A stretch of DNA of 64,000 nucleotides from Podarcis melisellensis (taxonomy: Eukaryota): the NCBI GenBank assembly GCA_964234715.1, contig OZ174284.1. One strand, given 5' to 3'. The translations under genes and the position numbers were made by a program. The notes under the pieces were generated by a model. It ran no database searches, was not told the DNA's origin, and saw only the letters and a program-made list of their open reading frames with translations. Below, one piece after another: positions 13,866-28,593 of the stretch. Each line of letters starts with the position of its first letter. The first letter of the stretch is position 1.

Positions 13866-16800
13866 TATTCTCATGTACAAAAAGCTATCATATGAAACAG
13901 GGCCAACAGCAACTAGAAACCGATGCAAGTATCAGTATGTTACTTTCAGCTACTGGGGGCAATGAGAATACAACTCTCTTTTTGTTCAAGCCTGCTGATC
14001 ATGGAGAGCATCATTTGCCCTGGTGTTCAAATCTAGCAAGAACCTTGCATTGATGGAGACCTGAAACAACACAGCCTGCTCAAGTCATCCAAATAAAAAC
14101 TTGTAGGGTGCAAATAAGCAGCCCTTTAGACTTTCCACTCTGCAAACCTAGAGACTGACATGATAGTTAAATGCATTTATATATGTGCTTTCTTTAGCTT
14201 TTCTCCAGTGACCCTGTAATAGAAAGGAAGCCCAAAAACAAACACTAGTTTAAGGCTAGACCAAAAATGAGACAGAAATATAGAGCAGGTGAGAAAATTC
14301 AAAACCTAAGCAATTAGAATATGAGGAACATACAGAGAAATGAAACAAACAACGAAACAGGTGTGTAAAAATCAAGGATTTATTATTTAGCCCACAATTT
14401 GTTAAAATGACAGAATTATTAGAGACTACTCTTAATGATGAAAATTAATATGGTTCTACTGCTAAGAGATTCACAATGGATACTTACTTAGCAGTTCTCC
14501 CCAGGGGCACTTTGTCATATCATTTCAAGGTCACGTAACTGAGAATCTGATGGGTAATTACAAGCCTGTGGTGAATGAACCAATAAATCCAAATCTATTC
14601 CTTCAGAGACAGGGGTACAAATTCCTCCAAATCACACTTATAATTAAACAGCACCCTATAAATTCAAAAGACAACATAACTTTCCTATCAGAGAAATGAA
14701 CTGGTGTATAATGAATTTGTCTCATGTTCCTATGTATGATGTAATCAGAGGAGACCAAGCAACATCAATTGGGTGGCGAGATTTGTATTACATGTTTAGG
14801 ACCTTCCGCAGAAATTTTGTCATTCAAACTGGAAAGAGAAAAGAGTCTGGATATTCTTCTCCGTGAAAGTGCTGCCAGTTATTGAGCTCAGGGGAGTTTA
14901 AAAAGAATGATGTGGATCCTGGAAGATAGCTATTAAAGTAAAAACCCTGCCAGATATTCTGGTGCACAAGCAGAATCTGCATGCACGCTTTTGGATTGCA
15001 GCCAGGATCAATGATCTCTTGGCAAAAGTTGGTGTAAAATCCTACGAAGTGAGTATTGCGGACTAGAATGTAGTCAGCACAAATATAACATCACAGGGAA
15101 ATCAGTGGAGAATTTGGTTCTAAAAACATGATGCAGTTGGAGGAAACCTAGAATAAAAAAGGGTACATCTGCAAGCATGAATCAGAGAGCATATGTTATC
15201 ACCATCTGTTCATTTTTCAAGTGCTATAAGCTAACCAACAAATCCCTGCATTTTCACTACTTTTCTGTGATTGCATAGCCAACTGACGATGCAGTGTCTC
15301 TACAGGAAAGAACCTAAAATGCCAACAAGAACCTTTTCACAACTAAAAAGAACACACAAACTCTTATACAGTACACCCACCCACCCTTTTTTAGGAAGGA
15401 ATCACTTTTTCTTTTAAAGCCACTGTACAAATGTTATCCTCCAGAAAAAAATGGATATTTTAGATCAAATAAAACATATTGTTTTCTTCCACCTAACTGG
15501 TAATGAATCTCAGTACGCCTAAGGAAAATGCTTAAAGACCTCAGAGCAACTTTATATTTTGTTTCCTACGTAGAATAAACTGATAATAAAGGTTACTAAT
15601 TTCTATTGATAAGAGTGAATGGGATGTTCATATGAGAAGTTAGTGGCTGTGCTCCCATGCTTACTTTAGAAAGCACAAATAAAAAAGTTACTTTTAATTT
15701 CTAAACTTTATAAATTTTTCAATATGCAACCCTAATCTAGAAATCCCACTTGCTTTATGAAGTGCTATATTGTCCACATTGTCTGAACACTGATTCTGTT
15801 GCTTTATGAAGGTCTGAAGAAACTGTAGAAACTGAAATGAAAAACTGCACCCACTCTCAATGGTTACAAGAAACTGACACTTCTGGATATTTAAAAATAA
15901 AAATAACAATCATTGTTTGCAACTGTTAAGAATCAATGTTTTTCAATTTGCAGGATTTCAAAGCCTATGACCCAGTTCAGACATAATAATAAATAATGTT
16001 TTGTTATATACACACGTCTCATAACAAAATGGAGGTGTGGGCATGGGGAGATTAGAAGTATTGGTGCCAATACTTCAACATTTCAATTAACCACAGTTTA
16101 TTGCCCCCAAAACATTAACCATGGTTAATCTCAACTATGACAAGTCAACTTCATAAAGTATGGCTTGAAATTGGCTTATTTGAACTAACTATACTGGAGA
16201 CTAACCATAATTTGTCTTGATTCAGACATAACACTTAACTGCAGCAAGTCCAAAATGGAAGTGAACCCTTATGGTGTCGTCCTTCTCTCATCTACACTGA
16301 AGGAGACAACAGGAGAGGGGATACTACATGTACGGGGGTCTACCAGTAGGTAACTATTGTAATGGTAAACCAAATGAACGAGGTGTGTGATGTGTGTGTA
16401 ACTGTATATTTAATTTTACAACTGTGTGTGATCATTCCAAATTTCCAGATAATAGGAGAAAATTTGTGTGTGTGTGTGTGCACGCGTGCTATTATCACTA
16501 GTCCCAGACAAGTGCTCCTAACACCATATTATATCTATTTCCTAGCATAATCAATGAGGGAGGGATAAACCTTGATTTGGGACAAATAACAATGCTGTGT
16601 TTCCTTTCAGCAAAAATCAAGGGAGAGATGCACTGTAGGTCTGGAAAGAAGAGCTATACTTTTTTCCCCTTAAGAAAATCAACTGAAAGATCTATGCTGT
16701 GAGAGAAGGCAGGGGAAGGAGAGGGAGGACCCCCTGTTATTTTGCCAACATTTGCTGTTTACTGGACAACACAAGTTGCCATTTGCTCCAATGGATGCAC

Positions 16801-17711
16801 CTGGGGAACGTTCTTCCTAAAGATATAACAATATCTGAATAATATCAGGATAATACTACATCCTAACTATATAATGAACAGAAAAAACATATCTATATTA
16901 GTAAGGACACAAAATGGCACAGGATGAAGGGTGGTAATGATGTTCCCAAGAACTAGCCAACTAACCTAACTACACTCTTGTGCAACTACCTTCCAACCAG
17001 CACTATTACAATTTTACTAGTGTAAAAGGATGTATTGTTGTAGCAACAAAAATATTGTTCTTTGAATTCCAGAATACATGATAGCCCTGCAACAGTAATT
17101 CAACCTTGAGGAAAAGTGTCCCGTTTTCACACAACTACTGAGTAACAACTGCATAATTACTGCTATTTGGAAAAAAAAATCTGAAAAGTGCCCCAAGCAC
17201 AACTTTTCTACTATCTGGCATCATCCTGCTTCATGAAATTACATGCAAATTGCTTTAATTAAATGCAACTAAAATATGCCAGTTAGCTATGGCCCTTCAG
17301 CTCATGATATTTACATATCCAGATGTGGTCCTCATTTCTCAATAAGCTGATCTGCTCCTGACCTACAGAATAGCTGTTCTACGCAAGTGAAATTATCTCA
17401 AGCTTGAAAAAGCACTATTCCACTGCTCACACTTCTGCATGAAAGCAGAAATGTCTAATGTCAGATTCTAAAAATGCAGGAAGCTGGAGTATTTCAATAT
17501 ATCCCAGCTCTTCATATGCCACTCTAACCAAGGACGCTATCAATTTACATCAGTGTGGAGAAGAAGCTAACACTTGTTTTGCCTTGTCTGCTTTCACAAT
17601 ACCAACTTTTACTGCAAGAGAAAAGAAAATACAGGGAAATATCCTGCACCAATCAAATCCACTCCACTGTCCTATCTGGTAAGTAGCATGAAGTCAGGGT
17701 TAGGGATGGTA

Positions 17712-17842
17712 AGGTTTCCATATGTCCTCTTTTTCCAGGACACGTCCTCTTTTTCACGGGTAGAATTGTCATAGCAATCCATAATTAAAAGTAGAAGTCA
17801 GCAAATGTGTTCTTTTATTGCTCTTAAGATATGGCAACCCTA
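17712..17842. mobile_element. Degenerate MITE (GGGTTGCCA-type termini)
   Basis: AAGGTTTCCATATGTCCTCTTTTT ... GATATGGCAACCCTA form imperfect inverted ends. Confidence 0.4.
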
Positions 17843-20800
17843 TCAGTTCTGGCCCACATCCTATCCACATATTGGTCTGGGAAGTGTGGATCAGGTCAGT
17901 TTTTATCAGACTCCACCAAGAGCAGATTCCTCAAGCATCCCTAATTTGGGATGAGTGGTATGGAGGGTCTAATCATGCTGGGGGTTGTCCAGGGAATATG
18001 GAACCTTTTGGCCCTATTGACAAGGTGAAGGCCAAGGGGCCCAGTTTGATCTGGAATAGAAAACAAGTGGCTTTATTGTTTGTCATTCAGCAGATATCAT
18101 TGGATTTTTCGTTCCGATCCAATCCAAGCCAGACCTGGGTTGAGAAGGGTGGGGAGAAGGTGCTTTCTTTGTGTCTTTTGAAAATAGGTGTTTGATAAAG
18201 CTTTATCCCAATTTGTACCCAGTATTAGCTTGCTCAGATTCAGATGAAAGGTAAAGAGGAATTACATTTTATAACTAACAAGATGTATACTTTCTTGAAT
18301 TACAGTAACAGGCATTTTCAATATTATGAAGTCTGTCTCCATGCTTGAATAGCCATAGTTTAAATTAATTAAGGGTAATCTTGAATTATCCTCTGTCACA
18401 ATGTAACATCATAGGCAAGATTCTGAAATTTTAACAAAAAAGTGTCTTTTATATAACAGTTACAACAAAATCAATTACAAAGTAAGCAAAACATGTAAAA
18501 CAATATTGCTGTCTTTAACATTTAGTGGTGTGACTAGAGTATCAGGTGTCATTTTGCTTGTATAAATTGCTACTTCAAACCAAAATTTTCAGCTGTAAAT
18601 TGAGAAAACGATGATATGCTGTATGACCCTGAAATCACTTGACATTGGCGAGTTTTTTTACAAAAATAATCCAAAATTAAATCAAAGCTTCAAGAAAGCA
18701 ATAGAAAAATAATGAGGAACTGATTATCATTGAGTAATTGCTCCCTTTTTAATTGATTTACAAATTTCCTTAAATTATACAGAGGGTCAGCATACCCGAT
18801 CTTTTTTTCCTGCTGCCAGACTGATCGTCATCTAGACACAGACTCCTTGTCTCTCAGGTATATGCTTTCTTGTCTGGATTGTTCAAATAATCATGAATGA
18901 AAAGTAGTCTTGTAAACAGAAGATCCAAATAATCATGTGAATGAATATTGAAATCACAGAGTAAGAACTACACAGCTTCCTGCTAACAACCCTGCAGTTG
19001 AGAACAGAACCACTGTAATGAAGGTACCTCCAACTCAACTCCTCGAGTTTTTCCATAAGAACATCATGGTCAATATGCCAAAAGCTGCCGAGAAGTCAAG
19101 ACCTGGTGCCCAAACCAGGTCTGAAACCAGACAGGAATGGATCTATACAATTCTGCTTCTTCCAGGCAGTGGTGTAGTGAAGGGTGCAGGGGGGGCATGG
19201 TTCTGGGTGCAAATTATTGATGGGGTGCAACCAGGTACCACAGTGACAGGCTCCCTCATCAAGGCCAGGGCTGTGGGGAAGCAAGTCGCACTTTGGCTGG
19301 GCCTCTGATGCTGGGACAGTGGTGCGTTGGCCCCTCCTTCTCCTCATGGACAGCAAAGGGACGCCTGCTTGCACCCTACCCCTGGGCCAGCCAAAGGGGA
19401 GGGAGCGGGAAGACGAAGCCATTGCCACCACCCACCAATGAGGGAGGGAGGAAGAGGAAGGCAAGAAAATACTGCCAGAGCCACATGCATTGCCCAGAGT
19501 GCCTCATTGCAAGGACAGCAGAACAAGGCCACATAGCGACGCTCTTGGCTTAACACTTCTCTGCCTTATCTCTGCTCCCAGACTGGGGATAGTTTGCAAG
19601 GAGAGACTCCCTTGGTTAGAAGCTGGCTGGCAAAGGGACTGACTGCTGCCTAGTCCACCAGGGAGGTGCAACACTTGCCCTGTCCCGTGTGCCAGCAACC
19701 CACGATAAGCTTCTGCCTCCAAAGACTGGCCACCATCCTCTCCTTTTGGAAAGGAATATTAGAGACTGGACAGTAATTTTCTAAAACTTATTGATTCATG
19801 AGGGACCTGTTCAAGAGGGGCCACACCATTGTCTCTTTCAAGCCAATGGGCATAACTCCCTCCCACAATGAGGCATTGATCACTTCCTGGCTTCTCAGTA
19901 GATTTAATCAGCCATGATGGCCAGAGATCAAGAGGCCACATTGTTGGCCTTACAGCCAGAGGGTGTGGATAGGACATGTGGCAGCAACGACTGCTCCAGA
20001 AACATCCGAAGGACCTGAATGAATGGTGGCACCAAGTTCAGCATAGATTCAAGTGATTTTGCTCTATAAGTTCTATGGTATTTTCACCCATTTTAGGGTA
20101 GAAATGAAAAACAGAGAGCTGCAGGTGTTAGTATTGCCCTACATTTAATGGGTGCTCATAGGACACTCTCGCTGAGTCCTTATGGTTCCATAGTCCTTTA
20201 TGATTGGAAGACAGAAATTGGTTACAGATCTGTGTGGGAAAGGAGGGAGTGCAAGAGGGAATGGGTAAGAGGATGGAGAGGCAGTGAGTTGTGCATAGCA
20301 GAAAAGAGGGTGGGCATTATTCATCAATAATTATTTGCAAGGCTGCTTATTAATGTACACAGATACTTTCAAATTTGTTTGGAAGGTTTTCCAAATATTT
20401 TGCCAACATTTAGGCTGTGATCTTAAGTGTACCAACTGAAACATAAAAGTATAAAAATCAGGATGCCCACCATAAAAGCACAAATAAAGGAAAGGTAAAA
20501 AGGCATTCTATTTTGTACTCAAATTATATCAGACTATTCCAAACGAGTACAGGTAAACAAAGAGCTGAATTTAATTCCACTAACAGTAAAAATGACTATG
20601 TTAATCTGTTAGTGCTTCACATAAGCAAATGTTTCATCTTGTTATTCTAACAAAGCAAAGCAAGATGTTCAGAACTTAATCCGGAAATGGAGCAAAAATT
20701 AACAGCAGATGAAATTTAAATGCAATGTTCATGAAAATCTGTGTTACATTAAAAATTGCTTTTCTCAAGTTAACCTTTCAACAAGCATGACAAAACTGGG

Positions 20801-20921
20801 AGAATGAATGGGTCGTTGGCTCATTTCAGACCACAGCAGCAGTAGTTGGGTTTCATTAGTATACATTAGGTAATATGCGGGCCTGCAATTAACAGTTATT
20901 ATTAATTACAGGGTAACACAA

Positions 20922-20957
20922 GGTGGTGGTGGTGGTGGTGGTGGTGGTGGTGGTGGT
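20922..20957. repeat. (GGT)12 microsatellite
   Basis: Direct reading. Confidence 0.95.
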
Positions 20958-22349
20958 GGGAACAAGAAACAATTCAACCTTGTTACTAGTCAAAATCCAG
21001 ATATGCCTATCAGAGCACCCATTGCACAAGGAAGCTGGAGAAAATGAGGTATGCAATGTCTGGTTGAAGAAGCCATGGAAAATACCTCATGGTGTCTTCA
21101 ATAAAGGAATGTGGCAACAACATTCTAGCTATCATGACCAGTTTCAGGGAGTCATTTATAACCCATCCTCTTAAAACACTAGTGGAAATGGCACAGAAAG
21201 CCAGTAAAGATGTCCCCTGGCACCAATCAAATTCATTTTGATAAATTACATAACCTCCTACAAAGGAGAAGCATGTGACATAGGTTTCCCATTGGTCCCT
21301 GCAACTCTTGTTGATTGTACCATACTTTCACTACCATCTCACTTGGGAAAATGGTTCTTCTCTCGCATTTTGCTCAAGCAGCTGGTCCCACATACTTCAA
21401 GAACTGATCCTAAATATGCCAGCCCAGTAGCCAATGCTCAGCTGAGTCCCTGACAAATGCTCATGTCTATGCTCAGAAACCAAACTGCTATTAACAGGCT
21501 ACATGACAATACTGTAATAGAATATAACTCTAATAGCATTAGAGTGATAAGCTGACTTCCTCCTGCTTTCTTCACTTCCAGGGCACCCGCAGCAGCCCCA
21601 TGGGGCCTGATGTATCTCATGTAACCCCAAACAACCTTCTCAGTGCCTGAACCATACCTTTCCCTATCCTGCTAAAGAAGCCCCAACACAAATGAGATAG
21701 GGGCCAAACACTTGCGGCAGTATCTGCTACTTTAACAAGATCCTCACAAAGTGTGGCGGTAGAAACCCACTAGCATCTACCAACAGAAGCCATGCTCTGG
21801 AAGCCCTCCTGCAAGGCAGTAAAAGAGTAATTGCTCCCTGTCTGCACAGCACACAAACTTACCTCCTTCCCCTCCTTGCATTTATTAATTATCCTAAACC
21901 TTATCGTTACCTTCCCAAACGAGACACTTCAACACTCACAGTCCTGCCCAAGTAACCCAGATGACATCTCTGAACTAGATAATTTATTTTCCTCAACCAA
22001 ATAAAGGTCAATGTAAAAGCAACTCTGAACAGGCCCATTTTACTCTGTAAAGCACAAACAGCTGGTAGTACCAGTATTATAAATCTCAGTATGTTAGGGG
22101 ATTGTTACTTGCCATACGCAGGGCTTTCCTAGAACAGCCTCCTAACACCATAGATCTACAGAACATGCCCTGCAGGCTTTGCATGGAAAGATGTTGTTGC
22201 CAACCACTTCCATATTGCCTTGCTGCTATTCCTGACCCTTTGAAAAACACACATTTTGGCAAAAACAACTTTTCCAGCAGCCAAATAGGTTTCATCCACT
22301 GTGAAATAAGTAACTCCCAGAAAGCTTGCAAGTTGCTGGCACTAGATTA

Positions 22350-22751
22350 TAGGGATGAACACATCTATCCATTTTGGTTTCTCTCAGTTTATAATTTTTC
22401 CATGCTTATATTCTGCACATTTCCACATAAATTTGCAATTTTAGAAAAATTTCTCATGCAAAATAATCAGCATTTTACATATTTCTGTAAGCATTTTTGC
22501 CTAAAACACACATTTTTGCAAAAGCTATTTTCTGTAATGGGATGCATTTCTGTATGCTATTTATAGTCACCCTTTACCTTGGGATATGCCTTTTGTACAC
22601 TTTACTCAGCTGGAGAACTGCATTGCAAAATCCGGAGAAGTACACATTTCAAAGGTTGGCTGGGTTCCAATTCATTTGTTGTTTTGAAAAGTGCAAATTA
22701 GGTAAGTTCAAAATTAAATGTAAACTAAATCCAATTTATTCCCTGTCCCTA
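22350..22751. mobile_element. Old non-autonomous DNA transposon (TAGGGA...TCCCTA termini)
   Basis: Termini TAGGGATG and TGTCCCTA around a degenerate T-rich interior resembling a common lizard repeat. Family not identified. Confidence 0.45.
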
Positions 22752-24264
22752 CTAGTGGATGGTGCCAACAAATAGTACCTCCAAGGCAGTATAAGTCTTG
22801 AGGCACTGATCTCAGGTCTTTCTGTTTTTCTCCATTGCCAATGGCTGGAATTGGCTGACTTGCAATCTCAACAGAGCACCTATTATCTCAGAAACTGCTT
22901 TGGTTTGGACACAAACCGTACCAATTGCATAACTTCTCCAGAACTGGAGGACAGAAAGTTCAGAACCTGCACAACTCGCTGGATGCCACATCAGAAAAGT
23001 AAAAGAGGCTTTGGAGAAATTATATATCTCACCTACACATGTATACATAATTTAATAGAAGGCACTCTGAATTTTTATTTCTGCCTATTCTTAAGTTTCC
23101 ATCAAAACATTGCTGTTTAACCCCCCCCCTTTTTTTTAGGAACAAAACACCACAATAGGTCTCTTCAGATTTCAGGTGAATTCTTCAAACTGTTACTATA
23201 AGTTATTTTGAATAGCTACTTAAGAGACATCTAGTGTGGTCCTGTTTATTCACAACTTTATCCCACAAGAATTCTATTGTTTTGCTATCTAAAATGTGGT
23301 GATTTAAGTTTATGCAGCTACAGATCTTAATTTCATAAAGTAGAGTGTGGTTATTAACTCAAGTCTTTCATTTTAAGAAAATTGATATAGCAAAGGAAAT
23401 TCAAAAGTCACCAAGTGTCTGGAACTGTGAGAACGTAAGATATTCTGTTTAGATAAGAATGTAAGATATTCTGTTATAGTAGCAAAATAAAACACACAGA
23501 AAATATCTATTTACACAATTATGAAATACTAAGATGCATATGATGCAATATCCACTATTCTCTCTTATGCTGCTATACCATGCATTTCATATTAAAAATG
23601 CAACTTGTTTCATTCTCATATGTTGATTTTTTTAACACCAAAAAGAGGGAACCATGCCATATAAAAATTGCTTTTCTCTTTTCGTTGGTCACCTGCCAAT
23701 TTTTCTACATACAGTGTTATGCACACCCCTTTAAAACAGGTTGTTGAAATATTGGTCCCTTTTTGCCTCTAATATTCTGCCAGAGAACACCTGGCTTCTA
23801 CTTAATGGGCACCATAAAATGAATTAAAACTAGCATTTGGATTTATTCCACCACACAAGAACAGTATTTAAATAAAGCTTTCTTTTAAAATGGCTTGCAA
23901 ATTCTGCACATGTAAATCCCAATGAAACAGTGAACTCACTTATGGATAAAAAATCAGATGGAACCAGTCAGTAAATAAGGAACATACTGAAATTAGTTTC
24001 ACATGACTGTTATTAGTAACTGAAATCATACCACAGAAAGGCCTACACTTTAAATTGTGGTTCTCCGGTGTAGCATTTTTACACTAACATATAGTTCTCC
24101 TACAAGTTGTCTGGAAAATGTTTCCAAAATATATTAGAGCAGAAGATAATCAAAAATCAAATTTGTTCAACTTGGTTTCTGATATAGGATGAGCATATCC
24201 AAATAATCAGAAATCATAATACCAACCTTCCTCTGAATCATTAGCTTAATAAAATATGATTATA

Positions 24265-24455
24265 CAGTGGTACCTCAGGTTACAGACGCTTCAGGTTACA
24301 GACTGTGCTAACACAGAAATAGCACCTCGGGCTAAGAACTTTGGGTGGCGGCAGCGGGAGGCCCATCAGCTAAAGTGGTACCTCAGGTTAAGAACAGTTT
24401 CAGGTTAAGAACGGACCTCCAGAATGAATTAAGTTCTTAACCCGAGGTACCACTG
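24265..24455 (+). mobile_element. Tc1/mariner-type MITE
   Basis: TA-CAGTGGTACCTCAGGTT ... AACCCGAGGTACCACTG-TA: TIRs with a TA target duplication. Confidence 0.9.
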
Positions 24456-25499
24456 TATATATGTTTATAAAAGGTATGGTAAGGATCCACTACAGATATA
24501 AGAGTGCTTAAGCCCACCAAAAACAACATATCTGAGTTCACAAAATTGTGGCATAATTATCTTATTAGTTGTTGTTTTTTTTGTTTTGTTTTTTTTGTTT
24601 TTTTGCATACTAAAACCTCATAGTAGTCACATTCCGATGAGCAGGAAACAGTTAAAACTGAGATTTTCACAATTTCAGTCTTTAACGAAACCTTAGCATT
24701 GTGAGGTTTGGTGTAAAATGGTGGGTCAGTAACTGCATTTCCCCAGGACACCTGACATCCTTAATATAGTCTCCAGGTGCCCTGCAAACTACACACCAAG
24801 GGGTTACATATCTCAAGACCTTCAGTGCCTTGGGATGTTCCTACAGCAGAATTTCAGGAAGCAAAGAGGTAAGCATGGAGAAAAAGAAGACATATTTGTC
24901 CCTCTCTGCTATAGCCAGGTAAGAAGGGAGGTGGAAGGAAAGCATTTCTCACTTAGATTGCCAGAGAATAACTATCAGGGGAATGGTGTCTTGTTCAGAA
25001 GTCAACATACCAAGTCTGTATCCAGAATCAAGTAATTATAAGTTTTGGGAGGCATCAATAATCAAAAAGGCCATGAATGGCATTTTGTAAACTAATTTTA
25101 GTTGTTAAACCAAAGCCCCACCATATTCGCAGTCCATGGAACCACCCAGAGCTCCACATTCCTAAAAAAAAAAAAAAATTTTGGAATTGGGTTTCCCTAA
25201 TGAAAGCCATTCTTTCATGGAGGTTTCAAATGAAGTTTGCAATACAGCATGAATTTGTATGCTTAAATGGAGGGGTGGAGACAACAACCCACGCCTAGTG
25301 AAAACTTTGGGGTGACTTGCAAGAACATGTGAATGGGCAAGTAGGAAATAGCAGTATATAATCAATCAAAATTATCATGTCAAGAATCATACTGCTGTGG
25401 TATTCTGAAACAGGGAATATCCATTTTGTTAAATGATGTCTTGATGTTGTGAAAAGAGCAACTTCTTTCACCAAATAATATATCCCACATGCATGAAGA

Positions 25500-25845
25500 T
25501 TGCTTTATTTCTACATAAAGGTCCTCTTTGGAGGTCCTGCTCTGGGTGCCCTCACTGAATGAATGAACTATCAGGGAGAGGACCATTTCAGCAGTAGCAT
25601 CCCAATTACCTGCATCAGGTAAAAATGTTTACCCAGGCCTTTGGGATGTCTTAAAGCCATTTGTGGTTTTAAAATCTATGTTTTTAATCCTTGGGGTCTT
25701 GTGTTTTTGCTGTGTTTATGTAGGTTTTTTAATGCTTCTATTCTATCCCATATTTACATTGGGGTGATGATTAAGATTGGTGGTTGCTGTAAGCCACCCT
25801 GAGAATGCTGTGTTATGGGGCAGGATACAAATGCTGAAAATAACA
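25500..25845 (+). mobile_element. Degraded L2 3' end
   Basis: CCCAGGCCTTTG, a T-rich UTR, then TGTAAGCCACCCTGAG...GGGCAGGATACAAAT, matching the 3' end of the 45.5-47 kb element. Confidence 0.55.
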
Positions 25846-26827
25846 AATATAGATGGAAATAGGGAAAAAAATATATGAATGTAGAATCTTGCTTACTGAA
25901 ATGTGGTGTACTAGATAGAGGTCCTGATGGGAGGGGGAGTTCCCTGACTCCCAGGAAAACAAATGCTCTAAAATTGCCACCTGCCTGTTGGGTCCCTGGC
26001 TCTTTGGAGGGTACCCTTGGAATATTTAAGAAAGCATTTTATGTAAGCCACTCACTTCCACAGTGGAATGTGATATAGATTGAGTAAATTGTACACATCA
26101 GATTAGATCCTTGAAACTTTGTGAGCAGTTTGGGCAAAGCATTACCGTATTTCTTAACCTATCTACCTGACAGGGTGGTGTGACAATAAAATAAAATAAA
26201 ATAAGATCCCACTGCAAGGCCCTTCGAGACCTTTGGATAAGATAGGGGGGAAATCATTAACACACTGGTACATTATCTTAGACCACATACAAAAAGCCAG
26301 AAGCATTCCTCTAACCTATAATGTATCAGTACAGATCCACACATTTCAAGTAAAATTATTCAGCACATTGAGTATCATGGATCCTGTTCACCAAAGCACA
26401 TAAGCATGTGATAAATTTTTCAAAAAGAAATACTCCATTACATATTTGGTAAGGCATTTGAGTTTAATCCTATTAAAGTCTTTGGGATCAGAGATCATAC
26501 ATATGCTTAAGGTAAGCACTTTATTCAATCAGGGCTCCTTCAGGGTTGATTTAGACGAGTATCTTTTCCCAATTTCTCAATGATTTATAGAGTCACCAGA
26601 CACTGGGACCCCAATTTAATAAGGTTGGCTGAAGGCATCAGGCAAACAGCAGCCACCACAGATGGGATAACTTACAAACACCTAGCTTACTGACAGCACA
26701 GTTGCCATGGAATCTGTTGAGCATTGAGTCTAGGTCCATAGGAGTCCCACCATGCAACAAGCTGCACTACAAGGAAGAAACTGTTGTCTGAAGCCAACCT
26801 AGTGCAGAGAGTTCTAACTATGATTTA

Positions 26828-27033
26828 TAGTGGTACCTCGGGTTAAGAACTTAATTTGTTCCGGAGGTCCGTTCTTAACCTCAAACTGTTCTTAACCTGA
26901 GGTACCACTTTAGCTGCTGGAGCACAATTTCTGTTCTCATCATGAAGCAAAGTTCTTAACCCGAGGTACTATTTCTGAGTCTATAACCTAAAGCATCTGT
27001 AACCTGAAGCATCTGTAACCCGAGGTACCACTG
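26828..27033 (-). mobile_element. Tc1/mariner-type MITE, same family as 24265, opposite orientation
   Basis: TAGTGGTACCTCGGGTTAAGAAC ... AACCCGAGGTACCACTG. The interior is the reverse complement of the 24265 copy. Confidence 0.88.
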
Positions 27034-28075
27034 TGCATTTATTATCTCTGGTGTCCCAGGAAATGACCTGTATATCAGGGGAGGTGAATCAGGGGAGGTG
27101 ATCTATGGCAATAAAAAAATCTCAAAAAAATATAATTGTTGCCAGGTGTTGTTTTGGACCTGTACTATTTGTTTCTGAATTTAATTTACATTCACAGCTC
27201 AGATCTTATACTGCTTCTTAAAAAGGAAAGACACCTCCATGACTGCATTCTTGATGGCATAAGGCCAGCTTGTTCAGGTTCTACAAATAAAGCATTTCTC
27301 TGTATGAAAAGTTTCATCGTTTTTGACAACCGCACACAGGTCTATTTCATTGCCTGTACATGCAGCCTAGGCAAAGTGGGAAACTGCAAGCCATTGTTGT
27401 CTCCCAGAATATATACATGAAATGGAATACATGGACAATCATCACGCGTGTAGGAAATCTGCAGTATCTAATATGACCATCAGTCCCATCAGAATAAATG
27501 GGACTTCTGCATACCTAGTGTTTGTGACCACAATTATAGCTCATACATCAGATGGCAACTCACTCACAGCACAATCTGACTTTGCTTCTGTAATACGAAT
27601 TAAAGAGTCCCCTTCTGCAAAGTATAAAGTGGAAACCACATTTTGGAAGATATACTCATTCTCACAAACAGTAAACAATTTGTTTCATGCATATATTTAA
27701 AATTTTCTGGCTTTCAGAAAGGTGTGAAAAGCTTTGGAGGGAATTGCTGATATTAAAATGTCATTTGATTTGCAAGAGATGTGCTATTCCCCCCCCCCTT
27801 CTTCCCCAGTTAATTTGCACTCCCTCCCCCCTGGAGCGGAAGCAAACTTGTTGGGGAACAAAACCAACAAAAATTATTAAGCTGGCCTGAAAGATCAGGA
27901 TTAGAAGAGACCACTGAAACCTGATGTCAGTGTCAGAAACAAGTGAATAGGTTTTCCTTCTAAATTATTTTGTCAACAGCATGGTGGTATCCTTGCTAAC
28001 CTTATTTGGCACCAGTGAATAATTAGATACACAGGGGTGTGACTCCAATTGAAGGTGTTGGCACTGTAGCACTCT

Positions 28076-28279
28076 NNNNNNNNNNNNNNNNNNNNNNNNN
28101 NNNNNNNNNNNNNNNNNNNNNNNNNNNNNNNNNNNNNNNNNNNNNNNNNNNNNNNNNNNNNNNNNNNNNNNNNNNNNNNNNNNNNNNNNNNNNNNNNNNN
28201 NNNNNNNNNNNNNNNNNNNNNNNNNNNNNNNNNNNNNNNNNNNNNNNNNNNNNNNNNNNNNNNNNNNNNNNNNNNNNNN
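28076..28279. other. N-block, 204 bp
   Basis: Run of N; content not visible. Confidence 0.95.
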
Positions 28280-28593
28280 CATAATAAGGGGAACTGACTG
28301 CTTTATAGCTATGCAGCTGCAACTTTGCTTAAAATCAAAACAATCCTCACAATTTTAGGATGATTTTGTAAAGGTATCCAGGAGACTCCTCAAAAATCAC
28401 TTCGTTGAGTACGGATTAGAAAGGTGGTAGGAAGGAACACCTCTCACATCCTTCATGTAGTACTGACCCATAAATTAATATTTATTGTAGATTAAGACTG
28501 TTCAAGTTCATAAAAATAAAAACTTAACACCTCATATTTTACTAACTTTCAACGCAATAGTGGCTTGTCCAGTTATTCAAGACACAAGATCCA

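Noticed and set aside
23429-23476. Short tandem duplications (GTAAGATATTCTGTT x2; others near 27075 and 62190)
   Set aside because: Ordinary two-copy slippage duplications, not arrays.
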